IMG/VR virus record: IMGVR_UViG_3300029448_000435
Span: 1-24,082 of that record
Reading direction: 5' to 3' (one strand)
DNA length: 24,082 nucleotides
Source of the DNA: a virus
Taxonomy: Duplodnaviria; Caudoviricetes
Below are positions 8,813 through 17,661 of this stretch, in pieces (position 1 is the stretch's first letter; each line of letters opens with the position of its first letter). The position numbers and the translations under genes were made by a program. The notes under the pieces were generated by a model. The model saw only the letters and a list, made by a program, of their open reading frames with translations. It had not been told where the DNA came from and did no database searches.

Positions 8813-9496
8813 ATGGATCCATATCAAATAGTACAATTAATAGAACAGTATAATGAAAATCCAGATAGGTATACCGATGAAGAAGCAGAGTTTATAGCTC
8901 AACTTGCTCAAGGTATGAATACTAGGTTTGAAAGAGAAAGCAAACCGATACAAAAAGGATTATTTGATTTAGTAGATACGGCTGCATTTGGTTTGATACC
9001 AGATAAGTTTCGTCCTACTACTAGAGGTGAAACTGTATTTGGAGATACAGGAGAAGAAGAACTAGCTAGTCTTCTTGGCTTAGTAGGAGGTGGAGTAGCT
9101 GGTGGTGTTGGTTTAGTCAAAGGTGGCAGAGGCCTTATAAATCGTTTTAAGGGTAGTAAAAAAAGTAGTGGTGGAAATTCAATGACTACTTATGGTGGAG
9201 CTGATGTAGATGCAGATAGAAGAAATAGTTTACTTCAATTAACATCAGGTACTAAAAACAAATCAACCAAAAGATTAAATCCATATTCTAGCGATATAGA
9301 TATAGAAATAAATAGATTAGAAAGAGAAGCTGCTATGGGAGACTATAGTTCTTGGGAAAGATTAAAAGATTTGTACAAATATCAATCAGGTTATACTGGA
9401 AATATTGATTATAGAAAAAGATTTGGAGGTATTAATAATTTTGGTTTTTTTGAAAAGAATCTTGGTGTTCTTAATACTGACGATTTACCGTTTTAA
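8813..9496 (+). CDS. Putative internal virion protein sharing an N-terminal module with the 2655-aa protein
   Basis: GGAGG SD; Gly-rich hydrophobic stretch LLGLVGGGVAGGVGLV; the N-terminus aligns by eye with the next gene. Confidence 0.65.
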   Translation: MDPYQIVQLIEQYNENPDRYTDEEAEFIAQLAQGMNTRFERESKPIQKGLFDLVDTAAFGLIPDKFRPTTRGETVFGDTGEEELASLLGLVGGGVAGGVGLVKGGRGLINRFKGSKKSSGGNSMTTYGGADVDADRRNSLLQLTSGTKNKSTKRLNPYSSDIDIEINRLEREAAMGDYSSWERLKDLYKYQSGYTGNIDYRKRFGGINNFGFFEKNLGVLNTDDLPF

Positions 9497-9500
9497 ATAA

Positions 9501-12500
9501 ATGGCATCACAATATGAAACGTATAAAGTACGTGAACTAGTTACTGCATATAGATCCAATCCTACTATGTTTACAGATGATCAATTAGATCAACTGGAAG
9601 AACTAGCATACAATAATGACATAGAGTTTAAAAGAATCAATAGTGATTTTAATTTAAGCAGAGCTGTACGGAATGCATTTGCTGGAGCTGTAGAAGGGTT
9701 TACTACCTTTGATTTAATTCCTGAAACACCTCGTAATACAGGTGAAGCTATTTTTAGACAGATCGGTCATCTAGTTGGATTTGCCCCAGGAATTGCAAAA
9801 GCTCCTATCTTAGCAGCTTCTAAAGTAGCAAGACGAATTACAGGAGATACAACTCGTAATCGTTTTACTCAAGCTGCACTAGATCATATTGATATATTGG
9901 CTACAAAATCTGTACCTATGCAGTTTAGTAGAGCAGGACAATACGGCTTGGGTAGAGTATTGGAAAAAACAGGCTTAGAATCTGCAGGTTTTTTACAAAA
10001 GGGAACTGTAGGTAGGCAAATAGCAGATGAAGCCGTAGGACTAGGATATGCGAGTGCTATTAGTAATATATGGAAAGGTGAAGATGCAGTCATGGATGGT
10101 TTTATTGGTGGAGCTATTGCAGGGGGAGCATTTGGTGGTATTGGTAATTTTGTTAGTCTAGGTAATTTATATAAAGGCACACCTCAACAAGTAGAAAGAG
10201 CCAATCAAGTTTTACGTGCAGGAGTAGGTTCTTTGGTTACTGGACTTCCCAGTACATTAGCAGATGAGCCTACAGAAATGCAGTTATACAACTATTTATT
10301 GGGTGGCTTTTTTGGATACAAAACAAGACCTGCAGTAGATAGAGAAGCATCTACATGGTATAACAAAGATCGTAATCCTGCAGAAAATTTTAGACCAGAA
10401 GAATCAAAAGATTGGAATAGCATGAGCAAAGAAGCTCAAGACTATATTCGATATGAGCACCCTATGGGATATGAATCTAGTAACAACCAAGCTGGTGGGA
10501 GTGCTGGATTAGCCTTTAAGTATTTAAATAGAAAATCTCAAGAAGCTGGACAGAATATAAACTGGAGAGATAGAGCTATACAGTTTTTTAATCAGAGTGA
10601 TAGAGACTATACAGAAAGAGATATACTAGACTATTATCGTCAAAAAGCAATGCAACAATACAATCAAAATCGTAAAGTATTGGACGATGCTGTTGTGTTT
10701 AGAAACAACGTATACAATAGTGAACAGCTAGACAGAATGGATATAGCTGATCGTGATCGTATTCGTTTAAAGAACACTTCTAAAAAGCTATTTAAACAAT
10801 CCGATAAGTTTCCTACAGACATAGATGTTACGGTTGCTATAGATAACCTTGCTAAAGGATCGAATGGCAATAAAGAACAGTTTATGCTTAACATACAGGA
10901 CACGTTTGGCAAGAAAGCAATTACTCAAAAGATAGACAGAGAATTGCGTACATGGTTTGATGACAAATTAAACATTATGCAACCAATAGATTTGCCAGTA
11001 TTAGATGGCAATAGTGGTACAGGTAGAATAGATATTGTAGAAAATAAACGTATTCAAGATGTAACGATACGAGAGAAAGCTCCTATACTGCCTATTCAAA
11101 AGTTAGCACCTGAAGCTGATATACGTTATCTGACTCATGTTGTATTGGACAATCAAACACCTGTTAAGCTGTTACAACAAAAGTTAAATAGAGATAACGA
11201 AATAGAATATGCTGTAGGGCAGGATGATTTATTGCTACTTAAAAATGTTTTAGCAGAAAACAATAGGTATATTTTCAGTCCTAACAAAGATAAGCTTAAT
11301 GGGTTTACTAGTAATTTTAGAGATGATAATTATACTTTAGATGACATATTTAATATTTTTACTCGTAGTGGATTATCGTTAGAAGAAATACAGCAAAAAT
11401 ATCAAGATGCTTTAGAATTGCAGTATAATATGGTAGGTAGCAAATCGGATTCTGTAGCAAATTTATTTCAACGTGAGTTTATATCCAATGTAGTTACAGA
11501 GTCTCAATTAGAAGGTATACCTGTAGAAGAAAGCTATCGTTTTATACAGGAAGATTCTCCGTATTTAAAGAACGTAATTGATTTTAATAAACGTATGCAG
11601 TTACCTACTGCACGTATGACGTACATGGAACCAGCTAGTTTTAAAGATATAGCTGGAACTAACAATGGAGAGTCCTATAATGTTATATTGGTAAATGATT
11701 TAGACCTAGCAAATCAAGATGGCCATTCTGCAGTTAGAAATGATTTTATGGATGCTAGAGTAAAAGCAATGGGATTAGATTCAAAAATAACAGGATTTGA
11801 TAAGCCTGTCGTATTTACTAAAACAGATTTAGGAGCATTTGCACAAAAGACAAGTGGGCAAACTGCAGCAGAGCCATTGGATAAGTTTATGAGAGATAAC
11901 AATATACATGAAGTGGTTTGGTTATCTTCTGCAAAACGAAAAGGTAATTTGCCTATTACAGAATTAACCTATGGCAAAGATGGCACATGGAGTAGTGAAA
12001 ACATACAGCCTATTACTTTGCCTACGAATGCATTGCAAATTAGTGCAGGCACACGAGAAAACAATTTAAAAGATGTTTTTGGTACAGATATAGTTCTTCA
12101 GTTTTATAACCAAATGAACAATGTACAAGGAACTGGATTTGCAAAAGTGTATCTTGAAAATGTATTACGTCCTTCATTGCAAGGGACTAGAAAAGCACAG
12201 GAACTTGTAGAGACTTTTAATAAAAATAAAGATGTAGATGCATTTGTTAAAGAGTTTAATGAAAAGAAACTTACTATTCATAAGATGCCAATGAATTTTA
12301 TGATAGACAAATTGCAAAGAAATCCTAATGAGCCTGTATCTATTTTCTTATCTGATAAGTTAATGAATGCTGAAACTAAGTTTGAAAATGATGAACCTAT
12401 GAATGAAGACATAGAGTTTGATAGCGATTCTTCTTTTAATGATTATCATTCAGAAAATGAAATGTTAGCTCAAGCATTAAGTAATTCGTATGTAGCTAAA

Positions 12501-15500
12501 CACACTATGAGTTTTAACAAACGTAATTATTTTAATGCATTACGTAAATATTTTACGAAAAGAATTACAAACCCTACCATACCTACTGGTGCAAAATCTA
12601 TTTTACGAGGGTATTACGCACCAGAGATTACCCAGTATATAGAGTTTGATCCGTTAAAAAAAGGAAATAGGAATATAGAATATGGTGAAATCTACCTTGA
12701 TAATGCTCAAAGACAGATGCCTGTGGTTTTTAGGGACAAGCAACTCTCCCTTGGCGAACTTTGGAGTCAGTATACTAGGGCCGTCCCCAAAGGACTTTCC
12801 AAAGAGGATCGTAAAGCTTATGACGATGCACTTACCTTTCTTGTTATTCGTACTCCTGCTGATTCCGTTAGTGGAACACGTGCTGTACGTTTTCGAGGCT
12901 GGTCAAACCAAAGAGGTGGAGGAGCATTATTACATGCCAAAGATAAACAATACCTCGGAGGTGCAGACCACGACATTGATAGTATAAAAATATTTCAAGG
13001 ATTAGGCCCAGAGTTAGCAGAATTTTATAGAAAGAATAAAGATGAAAGAGCTAGATGGGATACAGATCCTGAGTATGTTAATAGTTTAAATGATTTATTT
13101 GTAGATAAGAATATTCCTACAAAACTAAAAGAAGGTTTTGAAGATAAATTTAATATCTTTTCTCCTTCTTATCGTTTATTAACAGGTATGCGATCTAGTA
13201 CAGGTAAAGATGGATTGGGTAGAGGATTAACGGCTGGACAGCATTTAATGTCTATGTATGATTTTGTTAATTCTAAAGGTGGTTTTTTTGAAATAAAAAA
13301 CGCTAAAGATGATGGAGCAGCAGTTACAATAACTCTTCAAACAAAAAGCAAAGAAGATTTTTTAGAGTTTTTAGACAGAAAAGTAATGGTGGTAAATAAA
13401 GCAGCAGATGCTAGTAAAGATCCAACTATTATACCGTATAACCTTCAACCTGATTTGTTACTAGATAAAATATTTACTATTAGAAAAAATGGCAATCCTA
13501 TTAATGCTGATTACAATCAGTTTACACGATATATTGCTGGAACAAAATTAGAAGCAATTAAGAATACCGTACGATTAAGTAAGCCAAAGCAACGAAGTGC
13601 TGATGGCAAAACAGCTAAAGATTATTTTGAATATATAAAAGATTTAAATGCTGTACGAGCTACGTTAGAAAACGAAGGATTAGATTTAATTCATCCTGCT
13701 CTTAACCGAGAGCTACAGAGAACGTTTCGAGATGGAATTGATTACAGTAATATTAATCGTGTGCAAGAGCGATTGTTTAGAGAGCTTAAACGAAGTTATG
13801 AGCTTGAACGATCAGGTAAGCTTAAGATTAGAGAAAATAAAAAGAAAGCAGAAGAATATCTGTCTAAACATTTTGATATTATAACCGATGAGTTAAGCTT
13901 TAGAAATGTAAATACACATAGACTGGCAATGGAAAACGATCCAAATGAAGGCTATGATATGTTTGGTAAAGATATAGGCCAGTATGCTACTATGGAATTA
14001 TTAACCAAACAATTTGTTGATATACAAAATGCTTTTTATGATAAAGGTAGAGTCGTAAATGTAGTAGATGATGTGTTTCCTAAAATAAAGGAAGAAGCAT
14101 TTCAGATTAAAGATTATGTACAAGAAATCTTTAAGAATCCTGAAAGAGATAATACTATGAATTTAGATCTAGATGGCAAGATACGATCCATGATGGAACG
14201 ATTGCAGGATTTAGAAAGAGATAGTGGCATTCAAGATGGCTTATTGCAGGATTATTTTTCTTATTGGTTATTAAGTCCAATACGAAGAAATCCTACACCA
14301 AATAAACCAGCCAAGCCACAATATTATAAGATGCTACATTCTTCTAGAGCAATCCCTATGCGTGCTAAGAAAGATTTCTATCAGCAAATGGATGCTATCT
14401 TTAATAGAACATTAGAAGCAGATAAAGGCATTATAGAATTGCAAAAACCTAGAAAGTTAGAAGAAACTATACTAGGTAGTAATGCAAAAGTATTTGATAC
14501 ATTAGATACATTGGTTTCTAAGAATGCATTAGAAAACATAGCATTTACAGACAAAGATTTAGTTGAAGTGCAAAAGTTACAGGAAACTATTAAAACAAAT
14601 CCAGCAGGTGTTGATTTTAACAATTGGTTTATGAACTACACCAATAGCAAAGGTCAAGCTAGAGACATAACTACTATGACTATGAATGACGTTAAAGAAG
14701 TGAATACGTATCTTAAAGAACTGGATACGGTAGAAGGATTACCTGTATATCTTAAAGATTGGCATACGTCACCTATGACTTTAGAAAGAAAATTACAAAA
14801 AATGAATTTTCTAACCAGAGGTATTAAAGCACGAAAAGCTGTTTTAACAAGCAAGGGTATGGTAGATAGAGAATTTGTTAAGATAATGAGTCCTATAGAG
14901 TCTATTCGATTATCTGTGAATGATATGGAACGCAATATTAATATCTATGACAGAAAAGCATTGTTAATGCGTAAAGATTTAGAACGATCATTAGCTAATA
15001 TATCGAGTGTACCTAATGTACGTGGTGCATATATAAAAGAATTAATTGAATATAGAGAAGGTAGAAAGACTTTAGAGCAACTAGATAAGTCTATTGATCA
15101 AAAGAAATTTCTACAATTAAATGATAGTGCTACAAAGTTTTTTAAAGACATGTGGCAATTTGTTGCTGTAAAAGATAAAGCAGGAAATGATTTTGACTGG
15201 AGTAAAATTGATAAGAATAAAGAATATGGCAGGATTAATAATTACATTAAGTATAATAAGAATGGAAAGTTTGATTTAAAGCATTTTGAGAATACAGTTA
15301 TGAATGCAAAACCAACGGATGCTATCATTAAAACAGTAGGGATAGATGGTTTAATGAGATATAACTACGAGTATCGACTAGAAAAGTTAATTCAAAGCAA
15401 GAACCCTAAGAATCCTAAAGTATTTAGAGAGCAGCAAAGAGCAAACAAACCATTTTATCCTAGACGGAAACGTAATTTTGACACGTATATACACCATAGC

Positions 15501-17468
15501 ATACGTAAAGTAAATGAAAAGACTTTATTGGAACAAGCAGAATGGTTAAATAGACAAGCAGAAAAAGGCAATCTAAATAGATTATCTAGAGATCTTGCTA
15601 TGAACAATCCATTCTTTGATATTAATAGCAGAATTACAATTGGTACAGATTATGAAGTTGCCTTTGAACAATCTAGAGGATCGTATGCTTCTCCCTTAAA
15701 AAAGCGTGGTGAGGATTCTGTTCCTTTTAAAAAAGATGAAGGCTTATTTAAAGATTATCAAGATGCTATCATTAGAGGCTATTTTAGAAACTTAACTAAG
15801 TTTAAAGCACAAGGTGATATAGATGCTTTCTTAGATAATATGCAGAATTATAAACCAGCACCCAATGAAGCAAAGAAATTTAAAGACCTATATAAAGGAG
15901 TAAGCCTTACAGAAATACCTGATAATCAGAGATATAATAACTATGTAGATGTATGGGCAGACTTTATACGTACGTATGCAGAAACATCTATGGGATACCA
16001 GACAACATTTTCTACAAAGCAAAAAACACCACAAGGAAGAAAGTTACTGCATTTAAATAAGTCTAATTTGTTTTATCTAACGTCAGATGAAGTAGGTGCA
16101 AATCAATTAGAAAAGATTTATAAGAGTAGATTTGGTGGCAAAGAGACGATTCCCTTTATTAATAAAAAGTTAATACCACAAGACCCACAAGCTAGACAAA
16201 TGTTTTATTACAACCTGATACGTAATTGGGGAGCTATGGAAGCTAAGTATCAGTTAATGTCTTTGTTGTTTAATACTGGTTCGTTTGTAAATAATGTATT
16301 TGGTGGTACTACACAAACGGCAGCGTATGCAGGTTTAGAAAACTTAAAAGATTCTGGTAACATGAAAGTTGTAAATGATTTATTGCTTACCGATCAATAT
16401 GGAGTTAGTAAAGTCTTTTTAAATAATGGTAAACCTGTAAAGTCTTTTAAAGATATAAGTAAATGGCTAGAAGAAAATGGTTTTTATGACAATTATTTAC
16501 AGAACGAATTTGATTTTAATCCAGAATTAACTACACGATTAAAAGAATTAGGTCATAGCTTTAAAGATTTTAACCGAGATATGTTAACGGCTTTAAAAAG
16601 TAAGAAAGGCAATCGTGATGAAAGTGTAAAAGATGTATTAAATAAATACGGTGTATCCGATATAATGCTAAAGACTGGTGGATTTTTTATGCAAGAATCA
16701 GAACGCATTAATCGAAAGAAAGCTTTTCTTGCTGGAGCATTACAATATATTAAAGGTACAGGTAGGCTAGGTAAAAATTTAACATTATCAGATGATCAAG
16801 TAATTGAACATGCTATGAATGCTATACGATATTCTCAATTCTTTTATCAGAATGCAGAAAGACCTTTGTTTATGTCTACATCAACAGGAAAAGTATTAAG
16901 TAGGTTTAAACTCTTCGCATTCAACAGCGTAAGGATACGTAAAGAATATTATAGACAAGCTAAAGAGCTAGGCATGAATCCTAACTCAAAAGAATTTAAA
17001 CGACTCGAAAGACAGATTACTGCTGATTTATGGATGTATATGTTAGGTGCTGCTTTTATGTTTAGTTTATTTGATACTACGTTACCTCCACCATATGATT
17101 GGATACAATCGTTAGCTGACTATACTTTTGGTACAAAAAAACAAAAAGAAATGGCATACTTTAATGATCCATTAGGGCCATTAAGTATATTGAAACCACC
17201 TATTGCCAGAATACCTGAAGCTGCAGGTGAGCTATTAACAGGTAACTGGGATGAGTTTACAGATTATACTATGTATACCTTATTGCCATTTGGTAGAGGG
17301 ATTAGGCAAGCTGTGCAATTATCAGATGATAGAATTGGGAGAGGGTTAGATCGTGCTCCTGAAATATTGTTTAGAATCCCTTATGGTCAATTTATAAATA
17401 GAGTTGAAAGAGCTAAGTCTAAAAAGAAACGTATGGATTATATAGAAAAACTATTAGAAAATTCATAA
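9501..17468 (+). CDS. Giant virion protein with a two-barrel (DPBB) RNA polymerase core; putative virion RNA polymerase
   Basis: RTP (aa 1117-1119) and ALLH...LGGADHDID (DxDxD at aa 1156-1160). Upstream are DG (aa 740) and the K768/K783 pair. The C-terminus resembles an ejection protein. It is the last gene of the ejection block. Confidence 0.8.
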   Translation: MASQYETYKVRELVTAYRSNPTMFTDDQLDQLEELAYNNDIEFKRINSDFNLSRAVRNAFAGAVEGFTTFDLIPETPRNTGEAIFRQIGHLVGFAPGIAKAPILAASKVARRITGDTTRNRFTQAALDHIDILATKSVPMQFSRAGQYGLGRVLEKTGLESAGFLQKGTVGRQIADEAVGLGYASAISNIWKGEDAVMDGFIGGAIAGGAFGGIGNFVSLGNLYKGTPQQVERANQVLRAGVGSLVTGLPSTLADEPTEMQLYNYLLGGFFGYKTRPAVDREASTWYNKDRNPAENFRPEESKDWNSMSKEAQDYIRYEHPMGYESSNNQAGGSAGLAFKYLNRKSQEAGQNINWRDRAIQFFNQSDRDYTERDILDYYRQKAMQQYNQNRKVLDDAVVFRNNVYNSEQLDRMDIADRDRIRLKNTSKKLFKQSDKFPTDIDVTVAIDNLAKGSNGNKEQFMLNIQDTFGKKAITQKIDRELRTWFDDKLNIMQPIDLPVLDGNSGTGRIDIVENKRIQDVTIREKAPILPIQKLAPEADIRYLTHVVLDNQTPVKLLQQKLNRDNEIEYAVGQDDLLLLKNVLAENNRYIFSPNKDKLNGFTSNFRDDNYTLDDIFNIFTRSGLSLEEIQQKYQDALELQYNMVGSKSDSVANLFQREFISNVVTESQLEGIPVEESYRFIQEDSPYLKNVIDFNKRMQLPTARMTYMEPASFKDIAGTNNGESYNVILVNDLDLANQDGHSAVRNDFMDARVKAMGLDSKITGFDKPVVFTKTDLGAFAQKTSGQTAAEPLDKFMRDNNIHEVVWLSSAKRKGNLPITELTYGKDGTWSSENIQPITLPTNALQISAGTRENNLKDVFGTDIVLQFYNQMNNVQGTGFAKVYLENVLRPSLQGTRKAQELVETFNKNKDVDAFVKEFNEKKLTIHKMPMNFMIDKLQRNPNEPVSIFLSDKLMNAETKFENDEPMNEDIEFDSDSSFNDYHSENEMLAQALSNSYVAKHTMSFNKRNYFNALRKYFTKRITNPTIPTGAKSILRGYYAPEITQYIEFDPLKKGNRNIEYGEIYLDNAQRQMPVVFRDKQLSLGELWSQYTRAVPKGLSKEDRKAYDDALTFLVIRTPADSVSGTRAVRFRGWSNQRGGGALLHAKDKQYLGGADHDIDSIKIFQGLGPELAEFYRKNKDERARWDTDPEYVNSLNDLFVDKNIPTKLKEGFEDKFNIFSPSYRLLTGMRSSTGKDGLGRGLTAGQHLMSMYDFVNSKGGFFEIKNAKDDGAAVTITLQTKSKEDFLEFLDRKVMVVNKAADASKDPTIIPYNLQPDLLLDKIFTIRKNGNPINADYNQFTRYIAGTKLEAIKNTVRLSKPKQRSADGKTAKDYFEYIKDLNAVRATLENEGLDLIHPALNRELQRTFRDGIDYSNINRVQERLFRELKRSYELERSGKLKIRENKKKAEEYLSKHFDIITDELSFRNVNTHRLAMENDPNEGYDMFGKDIGQYATMELLTKQFVDIQNAFYDKGRVVNVVDDVFPKIKEEAFQIKDYVQEIFKNPERDNTMNLDLDGKIRSMMERLQDLERDSGIQDGLLQDYFSYWLLSPIRRNPTPNKPAKPQYYKMLHSSRAIPMRAKKDFYQQMDAIFNRTLEADKGIIELQKPRKLEETILGSNAKVFDTLDTLVSKNALENIAFTDKDLVEVQKLQETIKTNPAGVDFNNWFMNYTNSKGQARDITTMTMNDVKEVNTYLKELDTVEGLPVYLKDWHTSPMTLERKLQKMNFLTRGIKARKAVLTSKGMVDREFVKIMSPIESIRLSVNDMERNINIYDRKALLMRKDLERSLANISSVPNVRGAYIKELIEYREGRKTLEQLDKSIDQKKFLQLNDSATKFFKDMWQFVAVKDKAGNDFDWSKIDKNKEYGRINNYIKYNKNGKFDLKHFENTVMNAKPTDAIIKTVGIDGLMRYNYEYRLEKLIQSKNPKNPKVFREQQRANKPFYPRRKRNFDTYIHHSIRKVNEKTLLEQAEWLNRQAEKGNLNRLSRDLAMNNPFFDINSRITIGTDYEVAFEQSRGSYASPLKKRGEDSVPFKKDEGLFKDYQDAIIRGYFRNLTKFKAQGDIDAFLDNMQNYKPAPNEAKKFKDLYKGVSLTEIPDNQRYNNYVDVWADFIRTYAETSMGYQTTFSTKQKTPQGRKLLHLNKSNLFYLTSDEVGANQLEKIYKSRFGGKETIPFINKKLIPQDPQARQMFYYNLIRNWGAMEAKYQLMSLLFNTGSFVNNVFGGTTQTAAYAGLENLKDSGNMKVVNDLLLTDQYGVSKVFLNNGKPVKSFKDISKWLEENGFYDNYLQNEFDFNPELTTRLKELGHSFKDFNRDMLTALKSKKGNRDESVKDVLNKYGVSDIMLKTGGFFMQESERINRKKAFLAGALQYIKGTGRLGKNLTLSDDQVIEHAMNAIRYSQFFYQNAERPLFMSTSTGKVLSRFKLFAFNSVRIRKEYYRQAKELGMNPNSKEFKRLERQITADLWMYMLGAAFMFSLFDTTLPPPYDWIQSLADYTFGTKKQKEMAYFNDPLGPLSILKPPIARIPEAAGELLTGNWDEFTDYTMYTLLPFGRGIRQAVQLSDDRIGRGLDRAPEILFRIPYGQFINRVERAKSKKKRMDYIEKLLENS

Positions 17469-17480
17469 TTCGTTATAAAT

Positions 17481-17502
17481 TAGCATACCAATAACAAACT
17501 AA
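17481..17502 (+). repeat. attP left-arm tandem 11-bp repeats (putative integrase arm-type sites)
   Basis: TAGCATACCAA + TAACAAACTAA, matching the pair at 17638-17659. Confidence 0.65.
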
Positions 17503-17550
17503 AGTTGTTTTGATTGCTTATGAATTTTACAGTTTTTCTTCTCAGTAAAC

Positions 17551-17598
17551 TTACGTTGACATCGTAGAGGTCGGCGGTTCGACTCCGTCATCGCCCAC
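17551..17598 (+). mobile_element. attP core: 3' half of tRNA-Val(GAC)
   Basis: Anticodon arm TTACG-TTGACAT-CGTAG, variable loop AGGTC, T arm GGCGG-TTCGACT-CCGTC, acceptor 3' strand ATCGCCC-A. There is no 5' acceptor strand or D arm. It ends 63 bp before the integrase ATG. Confidence 0.9.
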
Positions 17599-17637
17599 TG
17601 TAGACAAAACAATATTAGTTGTTATTAGGTTTTTTGA

Positions 17638-17659
17638 TAACAGACCAATAGCAGACCAA
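17638..17659 (+). repeat. attP right-arm tandem 11-bp repeats (putative integrase arm-type sites)
   Basis: TAACAGACCAA + TAGCAGACCAA directly before the integrase ATG. Confidence 0.7.
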
Positions 17660-17661
17660 TT

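Noticed and set aside
9884-14935. Antisense ORFs inside the giant gene (9884, 10664, 11714, 14381, 14654)
   Set aside because: These are mirror-frame artefacts with no SD or domain signal.
9501-17468. Tape-measure protein or T7/N4-type single-subunit (Pol A fold) RNAP
   Set aside because: No tape-measure repeats or siphoviral tail genes were seen, and no T7-type motifs were recognised. The RxP...DxDxD arrangement fits the two-barrel class.
17520-17600. Complete functional tRNA-Val gene
   Set aside because: There is no 5' acceptor strand complementary to ATCGCCC and no proper D arm. It is better explained as an attP core.
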